NCBI GenBank assembly: GCA_965247455.1
Contig: CBDFHE010000018.1
Span: forward strand, 404,566 to 468,565
Origin: Candidatus Acidiferrales bacterium
GTDB lineage: Bacteria; Acidobacteriota; Terriglobia; Acidiferrales; 2-02-FULL-67-57
Length of the DNA stretch: 64,000 nucleotides
Reading direction: 5' to 3'
A program made the translations under genes and the position numbers. The notes beneath the pieces were generated by a model, which was not told where the DNA came from, did not search any database, and was given only the letters and a program-made list of their open reading frames with translations. Within the stretch, counting starts at the first letter, position 1, and each line of letters opens with the position of its first letter. Shown here in pieces: positions 40,530 through 48,991 of this stretch.

Positions 40530-43214
40530 TTGGCGATTACCCGTACGCCTCAATCAGCGTTCCGGCGTCGCAGCCAACGGATTCCGTTGGCGGTGCCTCT
40601 TTTTGTCTCCAGCCTTGACCCGAACTTCAAATTCTCCGAACGGTGCGAAACCGTGTCCGTAAGCAGCCACGGGTGTCGCCTCCGGGCCCCCTGCTCCTTG
40701 GAAAAAGGCATGCAGGTACGCCTCGATATTCTGCACACCGACCGCACCACCAATGCTCACGTCGTCGGCTCGGAAGCGCTCGGGGCCGATATCAAAACCT
40801 GGGAAGTCTCGCTGGAACTCGACAACCCAGAGAATTTCTGGGGCATCCAATTCCCACCCGAAGACTGGGCCGCGCAAACCCGCGCTCGCGGTCGGGGACA
40901 AGCAGAAGCCAAAGCTTCGAGTGCTGCTCCTCCCGCAGCGGCAACTCCAAAAGCTTCCACGGCGGCCAAGCCTGCGGCTCCGCCTGCTCCCTCGGCTCCG
41001 GAGAAAGCGGCCCCGGTACCGCCCAAGGCTCCCGTAGCTCAGCGACCAGCCGCTTCCGCTCCGCCGCCTGCACCATCACAAGCCGCTGCGCCCGCGCCCC
41101 CGAAAGCCCCGGCACCACCGCCCGCGCCCGCTCCCGTGGCCGCGCTGCCCGACGTCGGCAAAGTGGTGAAAGAATTTGAGCGGATCCTGCAGGGCAAGGC
41201 CAAGGACATCTCCAGTGAGTTTGAAAACTCCTACCGCGAAAGCCTGGGCGACCTGCTGGTGCGCCTCCGCGCTGACTTCGAGGAGCGCGCCTCCTCCGAT
41301 TGGGAGCGCCTCCAAAAACAGGCCCAAGGAGGGTTGCAGGAGATCGCCCAGCAAGTTCGCCAGTCCGTGGACCAAGACCTGGAACGCCGCCGTCAAGACT
41401 CCACCGACGCAGAATCCAAGCTCCAGGCCGTGCGGAAGCTCAGCGAAGAGGCGGAAGCACTCCTTTTCGGCGTCGGGAAGACCTTCCGTAAGCAGGTCGC
41501 CCAGGAGCGCGAGCTCTTGCTGGCCAACTCGCGCGAGCAACTTCAGGCCGTGGTCGAGCAGACCCGCACGCAAGTCCGGCAGGATTTGGCCCGGCGCGAG
41601 AAATCCACCACCGACCTCCAAGCCCACCTCGATGAGATGCGCCAGGCCCGCGACTACGTCGAGTCGCTCGTCCGCCTGCTCCCGCAAACCGTGGACGACC
41701 GCGTCAAGGAAGGAGTCAGCGGCACCCTGGAGCGCATCCGCGCCCTGATCGAAGAGGAGTTCTCCGCCCAGCGCGAAGCTCAGCGGGGGCAACTCGAGCA
41801 GCACCTGCTCGGCCTCACCGAAAACGTCGGCCAGGACCTGCGGCAAAAGCTACTCGAAGACTTCGACCGCAGCGAGCGTGAATTCCTCGACCGCATCAAC
41901 GTGCGCCTGAAAGAAGCGCGCGCCATCGAAGGCAGCTTGCAGCAGTACGCCGGCCAGATGAACTCCCAGCTCACGCAGCAGGCCGAAGAACTGCTGGCCC
42001 GGATGCAGGCTCAGCTCAACGTACTGCTCCAGCGCCGCCAGGACGAGCTGACTGCAAGCCTCGACCAGCGCAGCACCCAGCTCCAGCAGCAGTTGCACGA
42101 CTGGCAACAGTCCGTGGACAAGACCCGGGAAACCCACCTGGATGGTTTGCAGGCCGAGTCAGACCGGCTCAACGCCCTGCTGGGAGAAGCGCAAGCGGCC
42201 GAGAAAAGCCTGCACCGTTATGCGCAGCAGGTCGGTACCGACCTGGCTCAACAGACTGACCAAATGCTGGCCGCCATGCGCACCCAGCTTGAGAACCTGA
42301 TAAAGCAAAGCCAGGGTGAGATCACCACCCACCTCGAACAGCAAAACGCTCAATTCAGCCAGCGGGCGGAAAAAGCCCTGCGCAGCCTGGGCGAGCAGGC
42401 GTGGAATTCCGTCCAGCAGCGTCTGCGGACCGACTTCGGCCAGCGCCAGCAGGAGCTGAAGGAAACTCTGGAAAAAACCCAGGCCGAGTCCACTCGCCTG
42501 GGAGCACGCGCCGAAGCATTGGCGGCCCAGCTGGACGAAGGACTAGAAGCACGGCTGGAAAAAGCTGTGACCGACACCGTCAACCACACCCGCGAACAGC
42601 TCGAACAAGCAGCCGAAACCGTGCGGCAGACCCACCTGCCGCAGTTGCAAGAAGAGCTCGACCAGACGCTGGCTCCCCTGGTCAGCCGCAGCGAAGCCAC
42701 CGCGGTTGACCTGCACGCTCTGCTCGACTCCCTCAAAAAAGAGGGTGGTCAGTTGGAAACCCAAGTAGGGGAATTCCGCCAGGAGGCCGAGCAAGCGCGC
42801 ACTTGGCTGACGGACGAGACCAAGAATTTCCAGAAGCAAGTCCACGAAGCCCTGGTCGAGGCCAGCGGCCAGATCAAAGACCGCATCCACCTGGCCATCG
42901 AAATGGCCCAGGAGCCCATGGAGCACCGCGCCCGCGAGCTGCGCGCGCAGTTGGAGGAGTTGAGCACCAACACCAGCCAGGAGCTGGCGCAACAGTTGAA
43001 CGAAGTCCACGAGCATCTGCGCGCCAGCCAGAGCAAAGCGGAAACGTCGGTCGATTCCATGCTGGACGCCCGCTTGACCGAGGCGCTCGACCGCTTCCGG
43101 CAACAAGCCGAAGAGATGGCGCAGGATTCCGCCGCTCAGGTGCAGGCCACCCTCAACGACACCTTGGAGTCCGTCTCCCGCCTGTTGCGTGAGAAGCTCG
43201 GCCCCAAGCGCTAG
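40530..43214 (+). CDS. PilZ domain - Pro/Ala-rich linker - ~690-aa coiled-coil protein
   Basis: N-terminal PilZ-like motifs RRRSQRIPL (RxxxR) and TVSVSSHGCRL (xxSxxG). Residues ~120-205 are a PAPA low-complexity linker. The rest is heptad-rich with internal ~70-aa repeats. The TTG start at 40530 is uncertain. Confidence 0.7.
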   Translation: MAITRTPQSAFRRRSQRIPLAVPLFVSSLDPNFKFSERCETVSVSSHGCRLRAPCSLEKGMQVRLDILHTDRTTNAHVVGSEALGADIKTWEVSLELDNPENFWGIQFPPEDWAAQTRARGRGQAEAKASSAAPPAAATPKASTAAKPAAPPAPSAPEKAAPVPPKAPVAQRPAASAPPPAPSQAAAPAPPKAPAPPPAPAPVAALPDVGKVVKEFERILQGKAKDISSEFENSYRESLGDLLVRLRADFEERASSDWERLQKQAQGGLQEIAQQVRQSVDQDLERRRQDSTDAESKLQAVRKLSEEAEALLFGVGKTFRKQVAQERELLLANSREQLQAVVEQTRTQVRQDLARREKSTTDLQAHLDEMRQARDYVESLVRLLPQTVDDRVKEGVSGTLERIRALIEEEFSAQREAQRGQLEQHLLGLTENVGQDLRQKLLEDFDRSEREFLDRINVRLKEARAIEGSLQQYAGQMNSQLTQQAEELLARMQAQLNVLLQRRQDELTASLDQRSTQLQQQLHDWQQSVDKTRETHLDGLQAESDRLNALLGEAQAAEKSLHRYAQQVGTDLAQQTDQMLAAMRTQLENLIKQSQGEITTHLEQQNAQFSQRAEKALRSLGEQAWNSVQQRLRTDFGQRQQELKETLEKTQAESTRLGARAEALAAQLDEGLEARLEKAVTDTVNHTREQLEQAAETVRQTHLPQLQEELDQTLAPLVSRSEATAVDLHALLDSLKKEGGQLETQVGEFRQEAEQARTWLTDETKNFQKQVHEALVEASGQIKDRIHLAIEMAQEPMEHRARELRAQLEELSTNTSQELAQQLNEVHEHLRASQSKAETSVDSMLDARLTEALDRFRQQAEEMAQDSAAQVQATLNDTLESVSRLLREKLGPKR

Positions 43215-43224
43215 TCCCCGCCTC

Positions 43225-44556
43225 CTACTCGCGCAGCGCTTCCAGTACCTCGAAGAACCCCGGAAAGGAAATCTCCACGCACTCTGCGCCTCGCAACCGA
43301 GTCTCCCCCTCCGCCACCAACCCCGCCACCGCCAGCGCCATCGCAATCCGGTGATCGCCGAAGCTGTCCACCACCGCCCCGCGCAGCTTCTGCCGTCCGG
43401 CTACCTCCAGACCGTCCGGGTATTCCTGCACCGACGCACCCAGCCGCCGCAGGTTCTCCGCCAGCGTCCCGACGCGGTCGCTCTCCTTCAAGCGCAGCTC
43501 GGCCGCATCGCGAATGCGCAACCCCTCCTCGGTCTGCGTCCCCAGCACCGCCAGCACCGGTAATTCGTCGATCAGCTTCGCCGTCAAGGCCCCTTCGATC
43601 GTCCCACCCTGCAAGCGCCCCCCGCCCCGCACGTGCAGGTTGCCGCGCAACTCCCCGTTGGCTTCCTGCACCTCAAGGATTTTGATCGCGGCCCCCTGCG
43701 GAACCAGGAAATCCAGCAGCGCAGTCCGGGTCGGATTCAGCCCCACCTGCGGCAACACCAGGTTGGTTTTCTTCAGGAGCAACCCCGCCACCAGCAGGAA
43801 CGCCGCCGCGCTGAAGTCGTTGGGAATCGCAAACGGTTTGCCCTGCAAGCGCGGGCGCCCTGCCAGCGTCACCCGCCGGCGGCGCCGCTCCACCGTCGCG
43901 CCCAACTCCGCCAGCGCAATTTCGGTGTGGTCGCGCGTGCGCGTGGGTTCTTCCACTGCGGTTGTCCCTTCGGCGTGCAGCCCGGCCAGCAGGACGGCCG
44001 TTTTTACCTGCGCGCTCGCCACCGGCAAGGTGTAATCAATGGCCCGCAGCGCCGCCCCCTGGATGCGCAGCGGCGGGAAATCGCCTTCCCGTCCGTTGAT
44101 GGTTGCGCCCATCTGCCGCAGCGGCTCCGCCACCCGCCCCATCGGTCGTCGCCGCAGGGAGCCGTCGCCGGTCAGTACCGCCTCGAACCGCTGCGCCGCC
44201 AGCACCCCTGCCAACATGCGCAGGGTCGAGCCGGAATTCCCCGCGTCCAGTTCCACTGCCGGGGCCCGCAAGCCGCCCAGCCCCCGCCCTTGCACGCACA
44301 CCCGCAAATCCTGGTTCTCGCTTTCAGAAACTTCAACCTCCACCCCCAGGTGCCGCAAACACTCCAGCGTTCGCCGACAATCGTCCCCGGAGGAATAGTT
44401 GGCCAGCTCGGTCGTGCCTTCCGCCAACGCGCCCAGAATCGCCAGCCGGTGAGAAATCGACTTGTCGCCCGGCAGGCGCGCGGTCCCCACCAGCCCCCGA
44501 ACCGGACGCAACTTTTGCTCGCTCATAGCCTCCAACCGAAAAGGCGATTCTAGCAC
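43225..44556 (-). CDS. aroA: 3-phosphoshikimate 1-carboxyvinyltransferase (EPSP synthase)
   Basis: LPGDKSISHR, GNSGSTLRMLAG and DHRIAMA motifs. Confidence 0.92.
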   Translation of the reverse strand: MLESPFRLEAMSEQKLRPVRGLVGTARLPGDKSISHRLAILGALAEGTTELANYSSGDDCRRTLECLRHLGVEVEVSESENQDLRVCVQGRGLGGLRAPAVELDAGNSGSTLRMLAGVLAAQRFEAVLTGDGSLRRRPMGRVAEPLRQMGATINGREGDFPPLRIQGAALRAIDYTLPVASAQVKTAVLLAGLHAEGTTAVEEPTRTRDHTEIALAELGATVERRRRRVTLAGRPRLQGKPFAIPNDFSAAAFLLVAGLLLKKTNLVLPQVGLNPTRTALLDFLVPQGAAIKILEVQEANGELRGNLHVRGGGRLQGGTIEGALTAKLIDELPVLAVLGTQTEEGLRIRDAAELRLKESDRVGTLAENLRRLGASVQEYPDGLEVAGRQKLRGAVVDSFGDHRIAMALAVAGLVAEGETRLRGAECVEISFPGFFEVLEALRE

Positions 44557-44802
44557 GCGGCAGGCAACCTCTTCTTGCCGTCAGTAGTGGGTCAATTTAG
44601 TCTAGCCCAGCGGCCCCAGCCGCTGGGAAAGGGACTCCAACCCGGTGGCAGGGGCCACCGGGTTGGACATAAGAGGAAAGAGTGCCTGAATCGAAAAGCT
44701 GATGTGAAATTGGCCCACTACTTGTCGCTCACCTCATTGATTTTCTCAGGGAATCGGGACTATGATGAAAGATTGTCAGTTCGGACGAAGCGGAGCTAGA
44801 GC

Positions 44803-46599
44803 GTGACCCACCCACTACGACGCGCGGTTCTTCCCCTTGCGCTGCTGGCGCTGGCTGTGCTGGCCATTCGCCCTGCGCGTGCCGCAGAAATCTTCCCCCT
44901 CGACCAGATCAAGCCCGGCATGAAAGGTACGGCCCGCACCATCTTCGCCGGCAAAGAAATCGAAAGCTTCGAGTTGGAAGTCATCGGCGTGCTCCGCAAC
45001 CTCATCGGGCCCAAGCAGGACGTCATTCTGGTGCGCCTGCTGGGCGAGAAGCCCGCCTACACCGGAGTGGTAGCCGGCATGAGCGGCAGCCCGGTCTTCA
45101 TTGAGGGCAAGCTGGTAGGAGCCCTCGCCTTCCGCTTCGGCGCCTTCACCCGCGAACCCATCGCCGGCGTCACCCCCATCGAAAGCATGCTCCGCGCCGC
45201 TCAGGAGCCAACGCCCCCGCAGAGCGCCGCCGCTCTCGGCCGCTACCCACTGCCCGAAGAAACCTCCACCGCCCTGGGTCTCGGCCAGCTTCCCGACCGG
45301 TACCTGGTTCCGATCGAAACCCCCGTGAGCTTTGTCGGCATTCATCCCCAGGTGGTCTCTCGGTTTTTCGAGGAGTTGGGCCGCTTGGGCCTGCTGGCCG
45401 TGCAGGGTGGCGGCACGGCGGTGCCCGAGAACACCAGCGAACTTCTGCCCGGAGGCGCTGTCTCCGCCGCCCTGGTCACCGGCGACATGGGGATTGCGGG
45501 CACCTGCACCATCACCCACCGCATCGGTGATCAACTGTTTGCCTGCGGCCACCCACTGCTTTCCTATGGCGATGTGCAACTCCCCATGGCGCGCGCCGAA
45601 ATTGTGACTACCGTAGCCTCCGAGTTGAACTCCTTCAAAATTGCTAACCTGGGAGAGCTGGTGGGTACTTTCCGCCAGGACCGCCGCAGCGCCATCGTGG
45701 GTGAAGTCGGCCCGATCCCGGCGATGATCCCGGTTGACCTCACCGTCGCTCATCGCGGCCGCGAGCGCCAATACCACTACCAGATCTTCCAGCATCCCAA
45801 GCTTTCTCCCACTCTCCTCAACCTGACTCTGTTCAACGGACTGTTCACCCTGATCGAGTCGGGCGAGGGACTCACCTATCGCGTCAGTGGCCAAATGTCT
45901 CTGCGCGGCCACGACAGTATTGCCCTGGATGACATGTTCGGCCCCACGGAAAGCGCTTTCCCCGATGCTCTCCTGGTGGCCGGCAGCGTCGGCCAAACTT
46001 TCCAGCGCATTTTTTCCAACCCCTTCGAATCCCCTGAAATTGAGCGCATTACGCTGCGGGTAGAACTCCTCCCGGAGCGCCGCGCCGTCAGCATTGAAAA
46101 CGCCTGGGTCGATAAAAACGACGTGCGCCCCGGCGAAACCATCCGTGTCAAGGTCGTTCTGCGGCCCTACCGGGGCCCGCGCTTGGTGCGCGAGATTCCC
46201 ATTGAAGTTCCCCCGCAAGCCGCCAAGGGAAGCCTGCGGGTGCTGGTCAGTGATGCCCTGCTCCTGAATCGCATCACCCGCACCATGCAACTCAGCTTCG
46301 GCCTCCGGCTCGGCCGCCAACTCGCGCCCCGCGTCAGCAGCCTGGAGCAGCTCATCGCCCTGATTAACCGCGAGCGCCGCAACGACCGTCTCTACGTTTC
46401 CTTGTTCCAGCGCACGCCCACTCTGCTGGTGGAAGACAAGGTTCTGCCCAGCATCCCGCTCTCCCAGATGAATGTGCTCAATCCCCGGCAGACCCCCGGC
46501 GGAACCATCGTCTCCTACCAATCCATTGTGAACGAATCTTCCCAGCCACTGGGGCAGGTCATCACCGGCAGCCGGTGGTTGCAAGTTACCGTGCGCTGA
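44803..46599 (+). CDS. secreted SpoIVB-like (peptidase S55) serine protease family protein
   Basis: Signal peptide (LPLALLALAVLAIRPARA) and S55-like core GVVAGMSGSPVFIEGKLVGALAF. GTG start. Confidence 0.7.
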   Translation: MTHPLRRAVLPLALLALAVLAIRPARAAEIFPLDQIKPGMKGTARTIFAGKEIESFELEVIGVLRNLIGPKQDVILVRLLGEKPAYTGVVAGMSGSPVFIEGKLVGALAFRFGAFTREPIAGVTPIESMLRAAQEPTPPQSAAALGRYPLPEETSTALGLGQLPDRYLVPIETPVSFVGIHPQVVSRFFEELGRLGLLAVQGGGTAVPENTSELLPGGAVSAALVTGDMGIAGTCTITHRIGDQLFACGHPLLSYGDVQLPMARAEIVTTVASELNSFKIANLGELVGTFRQDRRSAIVGEVGPIPAMIPVDLTVAHRGRERQYHYQIFQHPKLSPTLLNLTLFNGLFTLIESGEGLTYRVSGQMSLRGHDSIALDDMFGPTESAFPDALLVAGSVGQTFQRIFSNPFESPEIERITLRVELLPERRAVSIENAWVDKNDVRPGETIRVKVVLRPYRGPRLVREIPIEVPPQAAKGSLRVLVSDALLLNRITRTMQLSFGLRLGRQLAPRVSSLEQLIALINRERRNDRLYVSLFQRTPTLLVEDKVLPSIPLSQMNVLNPRQTPGGTIVSYQSIVNESSQPLGQVITGSRWLQVTVR

Positions 46600-46619
46600 C
46601 ACCAAAGGAAGTGAAAACA

Positions 46620-48860
46620 ATGCGCAAAATACTTCTCGTGCTGTGGGTGACGCTGCTGGCCTTCTCGGCCGCCGCCGAAGACACCCGCTTCTGGCACCAG
46701 AACAAGTACGCCCAGTTCAGCAAAGGCACCCCCCGGGGCGTTGCCTTGCGCAGCGACGGTGAAATTTTGCTTGCGCCCGAGTTCCGTGAATTGGCCGACC
46801 CCAATCTGGAATACGTCTGGGACGTGGTGGAAGACCCCCGCGGTAATCTCTACCTCGCCGGCGGCAGCCCCGCCAAAGTCATCAAGCTCGGCGCCGACGG
46901 CCAGGTGACGACTGTCTTTGAATCAAGGGACTTGGAGGTGCACGCGCTGGCGCTCGATCCCCGCGACGCCTCCCTCTATATCGCCACCTCCCCCGACGGC
47001 TGCGTGCACAAGATCACCCCTGCGGGCGAGGCCAGCGTCTTCTTCGAGCCCGGCACCAAGTACCTGTGGGACATCGTGCTGCGCGCGGACGGGACTCTCT
47101 ACCTGGCTACCGGCGACAAAGGCGAAATCCACCGCATCGCCCCCGACGGCACCGGCGAGCTCTTCTTCAAGAGCGACGAGACCCACATCCGCTCCCTCGC
47201 GCTCGCGCCCGACGGCCAGCTCTATGCCGGAACCGAGCCCAACGGTTTGGTCCTCCGCCTCGTCCCCGACGGCCAGGCTTTTGTGCTCTACGAAATGGAC
47301 CGCAAGGAGGTCACCGATCTTCGGTTCGACTCCGCCGGCAACCTCTACGTCGCGGCCATCGGGCGAAAAGCTCCCACACCTGCCTTCCCGCGCGCGCCCA
47401 CTCCCGCTGCTCCCGCGCAGCCGCCCACCACTACCGCCCAGGGCGTCACCCCCAGTGTGGTCGTCACCGCCACCGCCACTCCCACTCAGGCGGCTGCTCG
47501 CAGGCCCGGCTTTCCGCGCTTCCCCACCGGAGGCAGCACGATCATTCGCACCGCCCCCGATGGCTCCCCCGAGAAGCTGTGGGGCTCCCGAACCGAGTTG
47601 GTTTATTCCCTCTCCTTCGCCACCGACGGGCGGCTCTTGGCTGGCACCGGCAACAAAGGCAAGCTGCTGGCCATCGATTCGGCCACCCTCTTTACTCACC
47701 TGGCCAAAGCCTCCGGTCAACAGATCACCGCCGTGGTGCGCGGCCGGCGGGGAAACATCTTCGCTGCCACCGCCAACCCGGGCAAAGTTTATCGTCTCGG
47801 GCCTGACTTGGCTTCGGAAGGCATCTTCGAGTCCGATGTCTTCGACGCCGAACTCTTCTCCCAATGGGGCCGCGTCCGCTGGCAGACCCGCTCGCCCGGC
47901 AACCCTACCGTCCGGCTCTTCACCCGCACCGGCAACACCTCCGACCCCCAGAAGCACTGGAGCCCCTGGTCCGAGGCCTACACCGAGGCCGCCGGCTCCG
48001 TCATCACCAGCCCGCAAGCGCGCTTCATCCAGTGGAAGACCGTGCTGAAGGCCACCGACGGGCGCACGCCCAGCCTCTCCGAGGTTTCCATCGCCTACCT
48101 GCGCCGCAACCTGCCGCCCCGGGTAACCAAAATCATCGTGCAGACTCCCGGCATCGCCCTCCGCACACTCTCTACCCCACAGTCAGCGCAGCCGGTTCGG
48201 TTGGAGCTTCCCTCGGCGTCCAACGCGCGCGCCCGCGCCGCTGCTCCCGCCTCCGCCTCCAACTCTTCCAAGACCGCCCCGCGCACCGCGCCCGCACCGC
48301 ATGGCGTGGCGCAGACCGGTGCCCGCAGCGTCATCTGGAGCACCGAGGACCCCAATCAGGACGAGTTGATCTTCTCCGTTTATTACCGGGGCGAAGAGGA
48401 AACCCGCTGGAAACTACTGAAGGACAACCTGAGCAGCCCGTTCCACTCCTGGGACGCCGCCACCCTGCCGGACGGGGCCTACCACATCAAAGTGGTGGCT
48501 TCCGACGCCCCCTCCAACCCCCCCGACCTGTCGCTCAGCGGAGAAAACGTCAGCGACCGCTTCGAAGTGGACAACACGCCCCCGCGCATTGACAACCTCA
48601 CCGCCGCCCCGCGCAGCCGCACGGTGGAGGTCCGCTTCCGGGCGCAGGACTCCTACAGCCCGTTGCAAAAGGCGGAGTACTCGCTCGACGCCGGAGAGTG
48701 GAAGTCCATCTTCCCCGCCAGCCGCACCACCGACGCCCGCCAGCACTCCTACACCGTCCACCTGGAGAACCTGGAACCTGGCGAACACACGGTGGTGGTG
48801 CGCGTGTACGACCAATTCGACAACCCCGTCCTCGCCAAGACCACCTTTCTCGTCCGCTAG
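46620..48860 (+). CDS. secreted beta-propeller repeat protein with Pro/Thr linker and C-terminal Ig-like region
   Basis: Signal peptide. Repeated ~40-aa blades (..DPRGNLYLAGG.., ..DASLYIATSPDG.., ..DGTLYLATGDKG.., ..DGQLYAGTEPNG.., ..AGNLYVAAIG..). AAGGAAG RBS. Starts 21 nt after the S55 gene. Confidence 0.65.
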   Translation: MRKILLVLWVTLLAFSAAAEDTRFWHQNKYAQFSKGTPRGVALRSDGEILLAPEFRELADPNLEYVWDVVEDPRGNLYLAGGSPAKVIKLGADGQVTTVFESRDLEVHALALDPRDASLYIATSPDGCVHKITPAGEASVFFEPGTKYLWDIVLRADGTLYLATGDKGEIHRIAPDGTGELFFKSDETHIRSLALAPDGQLYAGTEPNGLVLRLVPDGQAFVLYEMDRKEVTDLRFDSAGNLYVAAIGRKAPTPAFPRAPTPAAPAQPPTTTAQGVTPSVVVTATATPTQAAARRPGFPRFPTGGSTIIRTAPDGSPEKLWGSRTELVYSLSFATDGRLLAGTGNKGKLLAIDSATLFTHLAKASGQQITAVVRGRRGNIFAATANPGKVYRLGPDLASEGIFESDVFDAELFSQWGRVRWQTRSPGNPTVRLFTRTGNTSDPQKHWSPWSEAYTEAAGSVITSPQARFIQWKTVLKATDGRTPSLSEVSIAYLRRNLPPRVTKIIVQTPGIALRTLSTPQSAQPVRLELPSASNARARAAAPASASNSSKTAPRTAPAPHGVAQTGARSVIWSTEDPNQDELIFSVYYRGEEETRWKLLKDNLSSPFHSWDAATLPDGAYHIKVVASDAPSNPPDLSLSGENVSDRFEVDNTPPRIDNLTAAPRSRTVEVRFRAQDSYSPLQKAEYSLDAGEWKSIFPASRTTDARQHSYTVHLENLEPGEHTVVVRVYDQFDNPVLAKTTFLVR

Positions 48861-48985
48861 AAATCATCCCACAAACGGTCTCTGTGGAGTCTTCGGCAGG
48901 GCACGGCTTCAGCCGTGCCGTAGAACGCCCCACAAAACAGGGGCTTTAGCCCCTGAGGTAGTGCTTCTGCAAAGGTAAGGGTGGC
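48861..48985 (-). repeat. double-hairpin intergenic element, copy 3 (family A, inverted)
   Basis: Its reverse complement aligns with 11371-11490 and 19258-19380. It begins directly after the TAG of the 46620-48860 gene and fills the convergent gap. Confidence 0.85.
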
Positions 48986-48991
48986 GGAGAT

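Noticed and set aside
44599-44668. Two GC-rich hairpins (CCCAGCGG..CCGCTGGG and CCAACCCGGTGG..CCACCGGGTTGG) in the aroA/S55 divergent region as terminators.
   Set aside because: They lie upstream of both flanking genes, which is the wrong position for terminators, and they lack T-tracts. They are probably further members of the hairpin repeat landscape. I saw no second copy in this window.
46918-48048. Pro/Ala/Ser-rich 376-aa and 246-aa ORFs in alternative frames of the propeller gene.
   Set aside because: Low-complexity out-of-frame translations. The annotated frame has a signal peptide, an RBS and repeated blade motifs.
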